A stretch of 64,000 nucleotides of DNA from NCBI GenBank assembly GCA_963795855.1, contig CAWCIZ010000006.1:90877-154876 (forward strand), in the 5' to 3' direction. A program made the position numbers and the translations under genes. Positions within the stretch are counted from its first letter, which is position 1. Each line of letters opens with the position of its first letter. Below the pieces are notes generated by a model, which saw only the letters and a list, made by a program, of their open reading frames with translations, was not told the DNA's origin and searched no databases. The DNA comes from Vulcanimicrobiota bacterium (GTDB lineage: Bacteria; Vulcanimicrobiota; Vulcanimicrobiia; Vulcanimicrobiales; Vulcanimicrobiaceae). Below are positions 17,908-29,188 of this stretch, piece after piece.

Positions 17908-19820
17908 GCCGGTTCCGGCGAAATATTCGGCGGCAGACGCTTGGGCTGTTCCACGCGCGGTTTTCCTTCTTCGACCACCGCAGGTGCGGGCGGCTCCGCC
18001 GCTTGCGGCGTCCCTCCGCCGCGATTGTACGGACGCCCTTCGAGGATCGCTTTGACTTCGTCGGCTTCCACGGTTTCGTACTCGAGAAGCGACGCGACCA
18101 TGCGCTCTACTTTGTCCCAGTTCTCGCCGAGCAGCTTGCGCCCGCGATCGTAGCAGCCCTCGATGATGCGGCGCACTTCGGCGTCGATCTTCGAGGCGAT
18201 TTCCTCGGAGTAATTGCGCTCCTCGCCGAGATCGCGGCCGAGGAATACCTGATGGTTGCCGCGTCCGTACTGTATCGGCCCCAGCGTGTCGGACATGCCG
18301 TACTGGGTGACCATGCGGCGCGCGAGTTCGGTTGCTTTCTCGAAGTCGTTGCTGGCTCCGGTCGTCACGTCTTTGAACTTGATCTCTTCCGCGAGGCGTC
18401 CGCCGAGCGCGCGCGTAATCGTCGCGAGCAGCTCTTCTTTGGTCTGACTGTGGCGATCGTCTTCGGGAAGCGACCACGTAATGCCCAGCGCCATGCCGCG
18501 CGGAATGATCGTCACCTTATGGATCGGATCGCCCTTGTCGGTAAGGCCGCCGATGATCGCGTGCCCGGACTCGTGATACGCAGTGATTTCTTTCTCTTTT
18601 TGCGACATGACGATCGATTTGCGCTCCGGTCCTACCATGACGCGATCGATCGCTTCGTCGCAATCGTTCATCTCGATCACGGTTTTATTGCGCCGAGCTG
18701 CCAGGAGGGCAGCTTCGTTGAGCAAGTTCTCGAGATCGGCGCCCGAGAATCCGGGTGTGCGCTTTGCAAGGATCTCCAACTTGACTTCCTTGCTGAGCGG
18801 TTTGTTGCGGGCGTGCACTTCCAGAATCTTCTGGCGGCCTTTGACGTCGGCGCGATCGACGACGATCTGCCGGTCGAAGCGCCCCGGACGCAGCAGCGCC
18901 GGATCGAGCACGTCCGGACGGTTCGTCGCGGCTATGAGAATGACGCCGGTATTTTGATCGAATCCGTCCATCTCCACGAGCAATTGGTTGAGGGTTTGCT
19001 CGCGCTCGTCGTGACCGCCGCCCAGGCCCGCACCGCGCTGGCGGCCGACGGCGTCGATTTCGTCGATGAACACGATACAGGGTGCCGACTTCTTCGCCTG
19101 ATCGAACAGGTCGCGCACGCGAGACGCGCCCACGCCGACGAACATCTCGACGAAGTCCGAACCCGAGATTGAAAAGAACGGCACGCCGGCCTCGCCCGCG
19201 ATCGCTCGCGCGAGCAGCGTTTTGCCGGAACCCGGCGGCCCGAGCAGCAGCACGCCTTTGGGAATGCGTGCGCCGAGCGCCTGAAATTTCTTTGGATACT
19301 TCAAGAACTCGACGATCTCGCCGAGCTCCTCTTTTGCCTCGTCGACGCCGGCGACGTCGTTGAACGTCACCTTGGGGCGATTCTCCGAAAGCATCTTTGC
19401 GCGCGAACGACCGAACGACAAGGCTTGGCTTCCTCCGTTCTGCGCCTGCCTCAAGATGATAAAGAGGAAGAGCGCTAATACGATGAACGGCAGGAATCCG
19501 ACGATGGACGTCACGAGCGAAGCGTTTTGCGGAGGATCCCACGTCACGCCGCCTTTGACGTGCTGGCGCACGATCTCCGTGAAGGCGAAGTCGCGGTTGG
19601 GGATCGTCGTGGTGTAGTGGTTGCCGCTGACCAGATCGCCGCTGACGTCGAATCCGGTCGCATGGAACGTCTGGATTTGATTGCGCTCGAGCTTCTGGTA
19701 GAAGGCCGAGTAGTCCAGGCGTGTGCTGTCGGCAGTGGGCAGCACCAATCGCTGCACGATGAAGAACACCGCCACGCACGCGATGATGATGAGGACGATA
19801 CCCCGAAGATGCTTGCTCAC
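17904..19820 (-). CDS. ftsH: ATP-dependent zinc metalloprotease FtsH
   Basis: [36 protein letters not shown]. Confidence 0.98.
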   Translation of the reverse strand: MSKHLRGIVLIIIACVAVFFIVQRLVLPTADSTRLDYSAFYQKLERNQIQTFHATGFDVSGDLVSGNHYTTTIPNRDFAFTEIVRQHVKGGVTWDPPQNASLVTSIVGFLPFIVLALFLFIILRQAQNGGSQALSFGRSRAKMLSENRPKVTFNDVAGVDEAKEELGEIVEFLKYPKKFQALGARIPKGVLLLGPPGSGKTLLARAIAGEAGVPFFSISGSDFVEMFVGVGASRVRDLFDQAKKSAPCIVFIDEIDAVGRQRGAGLGGGHDEREQTLNQLLVEMDGFDQNTGVILIAATNRPDVLDPALLRPGRFDRQIVVDRADVKGRQKILEVHARNKPLSKEVKLEILAKRTPGFSGADLENLLNEAALLAARRNKTVIEMNDCDEAIDRVMVGPERKSIVMSQKEKEITAYHESGHAIIGGLTDKGDPIHKVTIIPRGMALGITWSLPEDDRHSQTKEELLATITRALGGRLAEEIKFKDVTTGASNDFEKATELARRMVTQYGMSDTLGPIQYGRGNHQVFLGRDLGEERNYSEEIASKIDAEVRRIIEGCYDRGRKLLGENWDKVERMVASLLEYETVEADEVKAILEGRPYNRGGGTPQAAEPPAPAVVEEGKPRVEQPKRLPPNISPEPA

Positions 19821-19835
19821 GACTTTACATTAACC

Positions 19836-20426
19836 TTACTCTGAAAATACCCACGAACGGAGCTGCGCAAGGTATGGGAGATTGCGGTAGCTTTCCCGGT
19901 AATCCAACCCGTACCCTACGACGAACTCATCGGGTGAGACCAGGCCCACATAATCCATCGGTACGTCGACGCGCCGATTGTACGGTTTGTCGAAAAGTAC
20001 GCAGGTTTTGAGGGTCGCGGGTCCCCGCCCACTGAGCAACGACCGAAGGTACTGCAGCGTGAGGCCGTTGTCGATAATATCCTCGACGACGAGCACGTGC
20101 TTTCCGGCGATATTCTGGTCCGCGTCCTTGAGCAAGCGGACCTCGCCGCTCGAGCGCGTCGAATTCCCGTAACTCGAGACGACCAAAAAATCCAGTTCGA
20201 CTTCACTGGGCCCGCCCGGAACGCGCGAGAGCGCGCGTACCAAGTCGACGGTCACGTACAGCGCTCCCTTTAACACCCCGAGCACCAGCAGGGGTTTCCC
20301 CGCGAAATCGCGCGCAATCTCGCCCGCTAACCGAGTCAGCGCGGCTTGAATTTCCGCTTCGGAAAAAAGAGTGCGCTCGATTGTATCCTCGTACGGCCGC
20401 TGCGGCCCGACTTGGGCGGCGCCCAC
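19836..20426 (-). CDS. hpt: Hypoxanthine phosphoribosyltransferase
   Basis: GVLKGA, VSSYG, VLVVEDIIDNGLTL, FVVGYGLDY. Confidence 0.95.
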   Translation of the reverse strand: MGAAQVGPQRPYEDTIERTLFSEAEIQAALTRLAGEIARDFAGKPLLVLGVLKGALYVTVDLVRALSRVPGGPSEVELDFLVVSSYGNSTRSSGEVRLLKDADQNIAGKHVLVVEDIIDNGLTLQYLRSLLSGRGPATLKTCVLFDKPYNRRVDVPMDYVGLVSPDEFVVGYGLDYRESYRNLPYLAQLRSWVFSE

Positions 20427-20460
20427 TATGCCGGGCCTCCGCGGTTCGAGGCGCTTTTGA

Positions 20461-21351
20461 TCATCTCGCTTTTCGATGTACCGTCAACTCCCCGTTCTCA
20501 ATCGTCACTTCGACGCCGCCGCCCATTGCGAAGCGTCCGCTTGCACCCCGCTCGAGTGCTCGCACGGCCGCCTCGACGTGGTCGAAATCGACGCCGCGAA
20601 GCGCCTGGTGCTCCCGCAGCGTCTCGCGCACCTGCTGCCGGCGGGCAGCGTGCGGCGCTCCGCTCAATTCGTCCGAGACCACGTGTGCGGCACGCGCAAC
20701 CGCCGCATCGAGACCCGGGAAGAGCGGCCGGAGAGCAGCGAGCGCTTCCCGCACGGCATTGCGCCTGTAAGCCGGATCGGCGTTCGTCGGATCGATGCTA
20801 TACGGCAATCCTGAGTTTTGCACGTGCTCGCGAATCTCGCGCCGCGGAAATCGCATCAGCGGCCGTGCCAGCTCGACGCCGTCGGCCAGCTCCCGACGCG
20901 CCGGCATGCCCGACAAGCCTTGCGCGCCGGTGCCCCGGAAAAGCGCCAACAGCACCGTTTCGGTCTGGTCTTCGGCGTTGTGTCCGGTGACGACGACGTT
21001 CGCGCCGAAGTCGCGAGCCGTGCGCGCGAGCGCTTCGTACCGAGCTTCGCGAAGCGTCGCTTCATCGCGGCTTTCCGGCTTCAGTGCGATGGTTCGCATG
21101 GGTATGCCTAGCGCAGCACTCGCGCGCAGCACGACCGCCTCGTCTTGCCACGCGGAAGCTCGAACGCCGTGATTGACATGCGCGATCGTCAAGTGCAATT
21201 CCAGCGGTCTTGCGATCGCCGCAAGAATTGCGGCGGCGCCGATGCTGTCGGATCCGCCGCTGCATGCCACCAGAACCCGTTCGCCTTTTCGGACGACGCC
21301 CTCGCGTTCCACGGCGTGTTCGATCGCGCGCTCCGGCCGCGTGCCACGCAC
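20461..21351 (-). CDS. tilS: tRNA(Ile)-lysidine synthetase, short form
   Basis: ACSGGSDS, HVNHGVR, REARY, GHNAEDQTET, DPTN...RNAVR; tilS-hpt-ftsH synteny. Confidence 0.93.
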   Translation of the reverse strand: MRGTRPERAIEHAVEREGVVRKGERVLVACSGGSDSIGAAAILAAIARPLELHLTIAHVNHGVRASAWQDEAVVLRASAALGIPMRTIALKPESRDEATLREARYEALARTARDFGANVVVTGHNAEDQTETVLLALFRGTGAQGLSGMPARRELADGVELARPLMRFPRREIREHVQNSGLPYSIDPTNADPAYRRNAVREALAALRPLFPGLDAAVARAAHVVSDELSGAPHAARRQQVRETLREHQALRGVDFDHVEAAVRALERGASGRFAMGGGVEVTIENGELTVHRKAR

Positions 21352-21359
21352 CGACGTCG

Positions 21360-21848
21360 TTACCGGCGAGCCAGTTCGCGCTCGACGTCGCGCTTGGCCA
21401 CCGCCTCGCGCTTGTCCCAAAGTTTCTTGCCCTTCGCCAAACCGATCTCGACTTTCACTTTTCCGCGCGTGAAGTACAGCCGCAACGGCACGATCGTGAG
21501 ACCTTTTTCGGCCGCGCGGCTGCCCAAACGCGCGATCTGCTCTTTGTGCATCAGCAGTTTGCGCGGGCGGTTCGGCTCGACGTTGGAAAAACTGCCCTGC
21601 TTGTACGGGGGAACGTGCATGCCGAGCAGCCACAGTTCGCCGTCGCGCACGCGCGCGTACGCTTCGTTCAAGCTGATTCCACCCTGCCGGATGGATTTAA
21701 TCTCGGTGCCGGTCAGCGCGATGCCGGCTTCCATCGATTCCAGAATGTGAAATTCGTGACGCGCACGGCGGTTGTCCACTGCGGGCGATGTGTTGCGACG
21801 CGCTTCTTCGGTTTTAGCGGCTTTGCGCTCGACTTTGCTTTTTCCCAT
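21360..21848 (-). CDS. smpB: SsrA-binding protein
   Basis: NRRARHEF, EAGIALTGTEIKSIR, RKLLMHK, AKGKKLWDKR. Confidence 0.97.
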   Translation of the reverse strand: MGKSKVERKAAKTEEARRNTSPAVDNRRARHEFHILESMEAGIALTGTEIKSIRQGGISLNEAYARVRDGELWLLGMHVPPYKQGSFSNVEPNRPRKLLMHKEQIARLGSRAAEKGLTIVPLRLYFTRGKVKVEIGLAKGKKLWDKREAVAKRDVERELARR

Positions 21849-21849
21849 T

Positions 21850-22338
21850 TTAAAGGCGCTGCGGCCTAGCCTCCGCGCCCCCCTCTGCGCCCGAGGGCGC
21901 CGCTTTAGGATTTCTTCTGTCTGCAACATCCTCTATGCGGCCCTGCGACACGAAGCGGCCTTCCGCTTCAACTAAAACCGTGCCGCCTTCATCGCTGACG
22001 CTTGCGTGCAGCTCCAGCACGTTTCGCCGCATCCACTTCACGCGTCCGCGCACGTCGAGCGGCGTCGCCAGTGGCACGGGTTTGCGAAAGCGCGCGTTCA
22101 TGCTTGCCGTCACGCCGCGATAACCCGCGGCGCCGGCCGCGTGCGCCATCGCTTCATCGAGCAGCGCGAGTGCAACTCCGCCGTGCGCGATTCCTTGCCA
22201 GCCTTGAAACTCTGCACGCAGCACGGTGCGCGCGCGCACGCCGTCATCGCCTTGCCGCTCGAATTGCAGGCGCAGACCGATTTCGTTTTCGGGTCCGCAC
22301 GCGAAGCAGCGGCCGTCGTCGATAGGCGTAGCGGTCAC
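21850..22338 (-). CDS. PaaI/hotdog-fold thioesterase
   Basis: CFACGPENEIGL, FQGWQGIAHGG...LLDEAM, RFRKPVP. Confidence 0.88.
   Translation of the reverse strand: MTATPIDDGRCFACGPENEIGLRLQFERQGDDGVRARTVLRAEFQGWQGIAHGGVALALLDEAMAHAAGAAGYRGVTASMNARFRKPVPLATPLDVRGRVKWMRRNVLELHASVSDEGGTVLVEAEGRFVSQGRIEDVADRRNPKAAPSGAEGGAEARPQRL
21852..21903. repeat. Short GC-rich repeat, copy 1
   Basis: AAAGGCGCT(G/C)CGGCCTAGCCT...GCGCCCGAGGGCGCCGC shared with 22347-22386. Confidence 0.7.
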
Positions 22339-22346
22339 CGGTTTGA

Positions 22347-22386
22347 AAAGGCGCTCCGGCCTAGCCTGCGCGCCCGAGGGCGCCGC
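22347..22386. repeat. Short GC-rich repeat, copy 2
   Basis: AAAGGCGCTCCGGCCTAGCCTGCGCGCCCGAGGGCGCCGC. Confidence 0.7.
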
Positions 22387-22399
22387 AAATCTTCGTACA

Positions 22400-23125
22400 T
22401 CATCTGCCTACGTCCAGGCGGGCCGCTAACGCGTGCGGAAGCTCGGCGTCGACGATCTTTTGCTGCACCTGCGCAATGGGATAGTCGTAGCGCACCCACT
22501 CCACCGTGCGTTCTTCGTCGTCGAAGAACGCGAAGCACGCCTGGGGATTCAGATCGCGCGGCTGTCCGACGCTTCCGACGTCGATGATGTACCGCACCCC
22601 CGGCTGCAGCACGATCTTGCCGCCGTGCTGCATGTGCTCGTGCGATATGCTGCCGTCGTGTTCGAGCGCATAGTATTCGGCTATGTGCGTGTGCCCGATG
22701 AAGATAAGCGGCGCGTCCGTGCGTTCGAACGCCGCCTTCGCGTGGCGTTTGTCGAGCAGATACTCGAAGTAGTGGACGGGCGCGCCGTGCACCATTAAAA
22801 AGCCGGGCTGGCGGATCTCGTAGCTCAATCCGTTGAGCCAAGCGATGTTGTCCGCTTCGATGACCGTTTGCGTCCATTCGATTGCGCGGCGCGCGGCAGC
22901 GTTGAAATACTCGACTCCGAAATTGTCGACGGCGGCGACGTCGTGATTTCCGAGCACCGTCTCGGCCGCGCGTTCGCGAATCATCCGCACGCACTCGTTC
23001 GGGTTCGGCCCGTATCCGACGATGTCGCCCAGGCAAAGCACGCGATCGTCCGGCCGAGTCAGCGAGAGCGCGCGCTGCAGCGATTCCTCGTTGCCGTGGA
23101 TGTCCGACACGACGGCGTATCTCAC
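22400..23125 (-). CDS. Calcineurin-like metallophosphoesterase
   Basis: SDIHGN, LGDIVGYG, GNHD, VHG, GHTH, GSVGQPRD. Confidence 0.93.
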   Translation of the reverse strand: MRYAVVSDIHGNEESLQRALSLTRPDDRVLCLGDIVGYGPNPNECVRMIRERAAETVLGNHDVAAVDNFGVEYFNAAARRAIEWTQTVIEADNIAWLNGLSYEIRQPGFLMVHGAPVHYFEYLLDKRHAKAAFERTDAPLIFIGHTHIAEYYALEHDGSISHEHMQHGGKIVLQPGVRYIIDVGSVGQPRDLNPQACFAFFDDEERTVEWVRYDYPIAQVQQKIVDAELPHALAARLDVGR

Positions 23126-24234
23126 CGATCGACCTCAGCGAGCACGGCCCGCAACCGTTCGGCGAATTCGGCGCGCTCGTACGCGGTTCCGACGCTGATG
23201 CGCACGTAGCGATCGAGCGGCGGCGCGGCCGGCTTGCGAACGAAGACGCCATGGGCGAGCAATTCGTCCATGACGCCGGTTGCGCGCTCGTTCGTCGCAA
23301 AATCGATGCAGACGAAGTTCGCATGCGAAGCCAGCGCAGTCGCCCCGATGGCGCGCGCGAGCGTGTAATACTCTTGTCGCCCGCGCTCGACTTCCGTCAC
23401 CACTTGACGCCGAAACGCTTCATCATCGAGCGAGGCCAGCGCGCCGACTTGGGCGTTGCGGTTCACGCCGTAGTGCAGACGAATCTTCTGAAACGTCACC
23501 ACGTTGCGCGGCGATGAAATCATGTAGCCGATGCGCGCGCCGGCCATGCCGTAGGCCTTTGAAAACGTCCGCGCACGAAGAAGCCGGCCATGCGGCGCGG
23601 GCGCGAACAGCGCGCGCTCGTCGACGAAATCGGCGTACGCCTCATCTAAGAAGAGGAGCGATTCGGCCGGCAACGCTTGGAACAGGCGCGCGATCTCCGG
23701 CGCGGGCAGCAGCGTTCCGCTCGGATTATCCGGATTGGCGATATAGACGATGGCCGGGCGAAGTTCTTTCGCGCGCGCGATGAGCGCATCGACGTCCACG
23801 AAGCCGTCTTCTCGATACGCGACCGTTTCGAGCCGTCCGCCGAAGCCGGTAACGTGGTAGCCGAACGTCGGATACGTTCCGCGCGTGGCGAGCGCGGTGG
23901 AAGCCGGCGACATGAACGCGCGCACCGCCAATCCCATCAGATCGTCGATGCCGGAACCGACGCAGACGTTTTCGATGCCGCAGCCGTGGCGAAGCGCCAA
24001 CGCGGAACGGAGATCGTACGATTCCGGATCGCCGTACCACGAAATATGCGGAAGTTCGCGCGCCATCGCTTCCACTGCTTTCGGGGATGGCCCGAACGCG
24101 CTCTCGTTGGCTCCGAGACGCAGCAGCGACGTGTGACCGCCTTCGCGCATGAGCTGCTCGGGTCCGATGAACGGCGTGACGACCGGGATCGCCTCGATAT
24201 GCGGCGCCGCCAAAAATTCCGAGTCGGACTCCAC
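23122..24234 (-). CDS. PLP-dependent class I/II aminotransferase (HisC-like)
   Basis: [39 protein letters not shown]. Confidence 0.9.
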   Translation of the reverse strand: MESDSEFLAAPHIEAIPVVTPFIGPEQLMREGGHTSLLRLGANESAFGPSPKAVEAMARELPHISWYGDPESYDLRSALALRHGCGIENVCVGSGIDDLMGLAVRAFMSPASTALATRGTYPTFGYHVTGFGGRLETVAYREDGFVDVDALIARAKELRPAIVYIANPDNPSGTLLPAPEIARLFQALPAESLLFLDEAYADFVDERALFAPAPHGRLLRARTFSKAYGMAGARIGYMISSPRNVVTFQKIRLHYGVNRNAQVGALASLDDEAFRRQVVTEVERGRQEYYTLARAIGATALASHANFVCIDFATNERATGVMDELLAHGVFVRKPAAPPLDRYVRISVGTAYERAEFAERLRAVLAEVDR

Positions 24235-24242
24235 GTTGCTTA

Positions 24243-25481
24243 TCAGTTTCCACCCACCAGAAATCGCGTTACGGTAACCGGCGCGCCGGACGGAACGGAC
24301 TCAGTCGCTTCGTCCAAAACCAGAAAACCGCTTGCGCGCGCGAGCAGGCTCGCCGAACTCGAGCGCAGCTCCAGCGGATACGCTACGCGGCTGCCGTCCG
24401 CCTCGTCCAAACGGACCGGCAGGAACCACGTCCAGCCGGGACGCTTGCGAACGGCCGCACCCAGCGAGGCGGCGACCGCCGTCGATACGGGACGCCGGCA
24501 CGAGAGCGTGGATACGATCGGCGCCGCGACCGCTTCGAGAATCATAAGCGCTGAAGCCGGGTTCCCCGGGAGTCCGACGATCGGTTTGCCGTCGATGCTT
24601 GCAAGCAGGGTCGGTTTGCCGGGTTTCACGCGCAACCCGTGCACGATCACGCCTGGGGCTCCGAGCTGCGCAACTACCCGCGGCGTAAAGTCGCGGTCGC
24701 CGACGGACGAGCCGCCCGTCAATACCACGCCGTCACAGATAGCCACCGCTTCACGCAAAAGCGTTTCGAGTTTCCCCGAATCGTCGGACGCGATCGGGAA
24801 ATGCCGTACGGAGGCGCCGAGCGCTTCCAGCGTTCCGGCAACGGCCCAGCGATTCGAGTCGCGCACTTGTGCGGGCGAGGGCTCAGAGTCGATGTCCACG
24901 AGTTCGTCGCCGCTTGAAATCACGCCGAACACCGGGCGGCGGTACACCGCGACGCGGCCTATGCCGAGCGTAGCGAGAACCCCCAGTTCGGGGCCGCCGA
25001 TGCACCGGCCGGGCTGCAAAAGACTCTCCCCGGCGCGCATATCCGATCCCGCGGGCGTGATGCAATCACCGCGCGGCACCGCAGATTCGACGTCCACCGT
25101 CGAACCGTTCACGCGGACGTCTTCGACCGGAACCACGGCATCGGCGCCGGCCGGTACAACGCCGCCCGTCGGAATGCGCAGCGCGGTCTTTTCGCCCAAC
25201 GCACCGTCCCACGCGTGTCCCATGCGAATCTCGCCGGCAATCGACAGCCGCCCCGGCGTGTCGCCCGAGCGAAGCGCGAATCCGTCCATCGCCGAACGCG
25301 GCGCCGGCGGGTACGCGCCATCGCTGCTGATCGATTCGGCGAGAATGCGCCGCAAAGCGTGTTCGAGCGGAACGTACTCCGTTTGCGCGCCGCGCAGCTT
25401 CGCACGCGCAAAATACAGCGTCAGCGCCTGCTCCGGAGCGAGGAGCGCGTCGTCTTGGAATCCAATGCGGCGGTTTTCCAT
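24243..25481 (-). CDS. moeA: Molybdopterin molybdenumtransferase
   Basis: [47 protein letters not shown]; likely ATG at 25481. Confidence 0.93.
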   Translation of the reverse strand: MENRRIGFQDDALLAPEQALTLYFARAKLRGAQTEYVPLEHALRRILAESISSDGAYPPAPRSAMDGFALRSGDTPGRLSIAGEIRMGHAWDGALGEKTALRIPTGGVVPAGADAVVPVEDVRVNGSTVDVESAVPRGDCITPAGSDMRAGESLLQPGRCIGGPELGVLATLGIGRVAVYRRPVFGVISSGDELVDIDSEPSPAQVRDSNRWAVAGTLEALGASVRHFPIASDDSGKLETLLREAVAICDGVVLTGGSSVGDRDFTPRVVAQLGAPGVIVHGLRVKPGKPTLLASIDGKPIVGLPGNPASALMILEAVAAPIVSTLSCRRPVSTAVAASLGAAVRKRPGWTWFLPVRLDEADGSRVAYPLELRSSSASLLARASGFLVLDEATESVPSGAPVTVTRFLVGGN

Positions 25482-26766
25482 GCTAGATATCGCTTTGATT
25501 CGTCGTGACCCCGATCGCGTCAGGCGCTCGGCCCGGCGCCGCGGACAAGACGCTGCGTTCGTCGACGAGATTCTGCGCTTGGATGCCGAGTACCGTTCTG
25601 CGCTCACCGCGGTCGAAACTGCCAAAGCCGAAAAGAACCGGCTCTCCGCGCAAATCGGAAAGGCCGCCGATAAAGCGTCCGCGGCGCGCGAGTTCCGCCC
25701 GCAGATCGACGAAATCACGCAACGCATCGACGCGGCGCAGGAGCGCGCACGCGCTTTGAGTCCGGACGATGCGGATTCGACGCTGCACGAGCTGCTTACG
25801 CAATCGCCGAATGTGCTCGACGACTCGGTCCCCGACGGCGCGGATGAAAACGACAACGTCGTCGTACGCACCGTGGGGCAGCCTCCGCCCTTCGCCTTCC
25901 AGCCGTTACCGCATTGGGAATTGGGCGAACGACTCGGGATTCTCGATTTCGAACGCGCTGCGAAGCTTTCCGGCAGCCGCTTTTCCGTATTGCGCGGTGA
26001 AGGCGCGCGCCTCTCGAGAGCGCTCGTTCAATTTTTTTTGGACAGCGCGTCGCAAGCCGGTTACACCGAGGTTGCGCCGCCCTTTCTGGTTTCGCGGCAA
26101 ACCATGTGGAAGACCGGCCAACTCAGCAAGTTCGCCGATGCAATGTTCCGGGATCAAGAAGCGGACTTGTTCATGATTCCCACCGCGGAAGTGCCGTTGA
26201 CGGCGCTGCACGCAGACGAAATCCTGGCTGTGGAGCAGCTGCCGCTGCGTTATGCGGCGTACACGCCGTGCTTTAGAAAAGAAGCCGGCGCCGCGGGCAA
26301 GGACACGCGAGGCCTCATTCGGCAGCACCAATTCGAAAAAGTCGAACTCGTTTGGCTCACCGCGCCGGAGCAGTCGTTCGAGGCGCTCGAGCAGTTGACG
26401 AGCAATGCCGAGTCGATTCTGGGCGCGCTGGAACTTCCGTATCGCGTGGTCGCACTATGCTCCGCCGACGTCGGATTCAACGCAGCCAAAACGTACGACC
26501 TGGAAGTGTGGATCCCCAGCGCGGGCGCGTATCGCGAAATCAGTTCCTGCTCGAACTGCACGGATTTTCAAGCCCGCCGCAGCGCTATTCGTTTGCGACG
26601 CGAGGCGGCGAGCAAACCGGAGTTGGTGCATACGCTCAACGGATCCGGTCTCGCCGTCGGCCGCACGCTGGTCGCGATCATGGAAAACTACCAGCAGGCA
26701 GACGGCTCGATCCGCGTCCCGAAAGCACTGATCGAGTACATGAAAACGGACGTCATTCGCGGCTAG
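25480..26766 (+). CDS. serS: Serine--tRNA ligase
   Basis: MLDIALIR start; [57 protein letters not shown]. Confidence 0.98.
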   Translation: MLDIALIRRDPDRVRRSARRRGQDAAFVDEILRLDAEYRSALTAVETAKAEKNRLSAQIGKAADKASAAREFRPQIDEITQRIDAAQERARALSPDDADSTLHELLTQSPNVLDDSVPDGADENDNVVVRTVGQPPPFAFQPLPHWELGERLGILDFERAAKLSGSRFSVLRGEGARLSRALVQFFLDSASQAGYTEVAPPFLVSRQTMWKTGQLSKFADAMFRDQEADLFMIPTAEVPLTALHADEILAVEQLPLRYAAYTPCFRKEAGAAGKDTRGLIRQHQFEKVELVWLTAPEQSFEALEQLTSNAESILGALELPYRVVALCSADVGFNAAKTYDLEVWIPSAGAYREISSCSNCTDFQARRSAIRLRREAASKPELVHTLNGSGLAVGRTLVAIMENYQQADGSIRVPKALIEYMKTDVIRG

Positions 26767-27110
26767 CCGCGAGTTTGAAGAAACTCGACTAAAGCGCGCA
26801 CGTATTGCGAAGGCTTCGCCGGCTCGGCGGAGGCGCCGCGCCGGCTTTCAACCGTGACGCGCGTGCGGTGTTCGTCCAGCTTCTCGATCGTGCAGCGCAG
26901 CCGTTCGGAATTCACCAAACCGAACGTGGCCTCGATGCGTCCCGATTGCGAATCGGATTCGCGAACGGACCCGCCGAGAACGTCCTCTACACCGCGAATG
27001 CACTCCTGGAAGAGACGTTCGCAAGGACGTTCCAGTACGATCGTCTGCGACGCTGTCGGCGCAACGCCCGGCGGACGCTCGACGCGCAGCCAGTCGCGAA
27101 AAAACTTCAC
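26763..27110 (-). CDS. Hypothetical protein
   Basis: 115 aa ORF overlapping both neighbours by 4 nt; alpha/beta pattern. Confidence 0.6.
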   Translation of the reverse strand: MKFFRDWLRVERPPGVAPTASQTIVLERPCERLFQECIRGVEDVLGGSVRESDSQSGRIEATFGLVNSERLRCTIEKLDEHRTRVTVESRRGASAEPAKPSQYVRALVEFLQTRG

Positions 27111-27781
27111 GATCCGAAGAAGGGCGGTTCCGTCGCTTCCACCTGTCTAACGCCCGTGAGCGCGCCGATTTCACGCACGACGCCGCTCAGATTTCGCCCG
27201 TGCGGCAGATCGACCGCATATGCGATTTCGGTTATTTCGATCCCGTCTTCATTGCGCACGCGCATCACGTCGCTGCTCTCGATCGGCACGGCAGCCTCGC
27301 GAAAGATCTTGGCGATGTCGCCGCCGGAGATCTCCGACGACGTGCACACGACGCGAACGTCGAACTTGCGCGGCACGCGAAGCCACTGCATCAGGTTCGC
27401 GTCCGAAATGGCGAGGGCGCACAGCGTGATTGCCGTGACGAGCACGCCGACGTACAAGCCGAAGCTGTCGGAATAGCCGAGATTCAAGCCGACCGCAGCG
27501 GCCATCCAGATACTCGCGGCCGTGGTCAAACCTTGCGGCGTATTTCCTCGCCGCACGATCGCTCCGGCGCCCAAAAAGCCGATGCCGACGACGACGTACG
27601 ACGGTATGCGCGTGTCGTGCAGATGCGCGCCCATCGCGGTAAAAGCCGCCGAAGCTGCGGCAACGAGCAAATGCGTTCTAAACCCCGCCGGCTTTGCTGC
27701 CGCCTGACGCTGCACGCCGATCGCCCCGCCCAGAGCGGCGGCTGCAGCGATGCCGATCAGCGGAGAGAACGCGAACGCCAC
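27107..27781 (-). CDS. MgtC/SapB family membrane protein with C-terminal ACT-like domain
   Basis: KPAGFRTHLLV, GIGFLGAGAI, GLTTAASIW. Confidence 0.9.
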   Translation of the reverse strand: MAFAFSPLIGIAAAAALGGAIGVQRQAAAKPAGFRTHLLVAAASAAFTAMGAHLHDTRIPSYVVVGIGFLGAGAIVRRGNTPQGLTTAASIWMAAAVGLNLGYSDSFGLYVGVLVTAITLCALAISDANLMQWLRVPRKFDVRVVCTSSEISGGDIAKIFREAAVPIESSDVMRVRNEDGIEITEIAYAVDLPHGRNLSGVVREIGALTGVRQVEATEPPFFGS

Positions 27782-27789
27782 CGCCGCCT

Positions 27790-28722
27790 TTAGGACGCGT
27801 CTTCGATCATCGAGAGCAATTTCGAGCGATCGAGATAACGGATGTGTCCGCGCTCGCGGCGCAGCGCTTGCACGCGCTCGAGCTCCGCAATAGCGCGCGC
27901 GGCAACTTCCTTTACGGTGCCGGCAGCGGCAGCCAGTCGAGCTTGCGTCATCGTCGGCAAAGGCGGCAAAGCCGGATGCAGCTCGCGTTCGGGGGCGGCA
28001 TACGGCAATAGCGCCGCCGCAACGCGCGCAATGATCGGCTGGGAAACCTGCGCGGCCAATTCGCTCGCAAGCGCGCGGTTGCGCTGGGCCGTCGCGGCGC
28101 CGATCGCCATCAAGAAGTCGGGTTCGTCCGCGGCAACTCGACGCACGACGTCGAACGGAACCATCGCATACCGCGCCGCTTTCGAAAGTGCGACGGTGCG
28201 GCCCATGCTCAGGCCGTCGTCGAAGAATTCGGATTCGCCGAACGTGTCGAGCGGAAAGAGATGAAACAACAACCGCTCGCGCGAGCCGGCGCCCACGAAA
28301 ACCGCCATCGCACCTTCGAGCACCAGACCGAGAGAAGCGCATCCGGCATTTTCGGCGCAGATCACTTGGCCTTTGCGGGCCGAGTGTTCCATCGTCGATT
28401 CGACGATCTTGGCGCGCGCATTTTCGCTCAGTCGAGAAAAAACACTACTGCGCCGCATCGCAACCGACAATGAAGGCGCCTGCGGATCAACATGTACGCG
28501 GGTCAGTTTCACGCGCCATTCCGCATCGCCGACGTGACGGTGCTCGAAGGAAAATTCGCCGGGGCGCAGCTGTTCCAAGCGAGCCATCAGCGCTCGGGGG
28601 TCGACTTCGGTAAGAAAATCGAAGTGGCCGCCGGCGGCGAGCCTTGCCGACTCTTCCAGCACGGTCGACGCGCGCTCCCAAACCGGCAAACCTCGTAAAT
28701 CCAACGAATCGTGCGTAACCAT
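27790..28722 (-). CDS. Crp/Fnr family regulator with N-terminal DUF2249-like domain
   Basis: LDLRGLP...DPRAL...WRVKL N-domain; cNMP-like domain (DTFGE); MTQARLAAAAGTVKEVAARAI HTH. Confidence 0.82.
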   Translation of the reverse strand: MVTHDSLDLRGLPVWERASTVLEESARLAAGGHFDFLTEVDPRALMARLEQLRPGEFSFEHRHVGDAEWRVKLTRVHVDPQAPSLSVAMRRSSVFSRLSENARAKIVESTMEHSARKGQVICAENAGCASLGLVLEGAMAVFVGAGSRERLLFHLFPLDTFGESEFFDDGLSMGRTVALSKAARYAMVPFDVVRRVAADEPDFLMAIGAATAQRNRALASELAAQVSQPIIARVAAALLPYAAPERELHPALPPLPTMTQARLAAAAGTVKEVAARAIAELERVQALRRERGHIRYLDRSKLLSMIEDAS

Positions 28723-28800
28723 ATCGTATTCTGGCTTCTCGATTCGGCGCGCGCACTCATCCAACCGTAGCAACCGGGCGGTTTCGTGCGTTATACCGGT

Positions 28801-29181
28801 ATGAAACACCTACTCTCGGCGATCGCTTTCGCGCTCGGCTTGCTGCCGCTAGCGAGCGCTCCGGCCATCGCCGCTTCGGAACCAACAGCGTACGCCACCG
28901 CAATTACGGCGGTGTACGGCTCGCCATCGCCCTTCACCGGAACGTTGCGGCTCAGCATCTCCGATAGCGGAATCGTGCGCGGCTATTACTTTTCGGCGGA
29001 CGGCTCCGCTTGGTTCGTCCCCGTAACCGGCGGACGCACGGGCGACACCATTTGGTTCGACATCGGCGCGGACAAGGGCATGTACCACGTCGACGGACGC
29101 CTGCACGACGGCACGATCGTCGGCACCGCGTTCGGAGGCGACAACGAACAATACACGTTCGTCGCCAACGCGCAAAAGTAG
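28801..29181 (+). CDS. Hypothetical secreted beta-rich protein
   Basis: Signal peptide MKHLLSAIAFALGLLPLASAPAIA. Confidence 0.7.
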   Translation: MKHLLSAIAFALGLLPLASAPAIAASEPTAYATAITAVYGSPSPFTGTLRLSISDSGIVRGYYFSADGSAWFVPVTGGRTGDTIWFDIGADKGMYHVDGRLHDGTIVGTAFGGDNEQYTFVANAQK

Positions 29182-29188
29182 CTGCGCG

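Noticed and set aside
17908..18477. N-terminal extension of the M16-like ORF
   Set aside because: Alternative frame inside ftsH
23677..25479. 600 aa N-terminal extension of SerS in the ORF track
   Set aside because: Antisense shadow of moeA and the aminotransferase; SerS starts at MLDI (25480)
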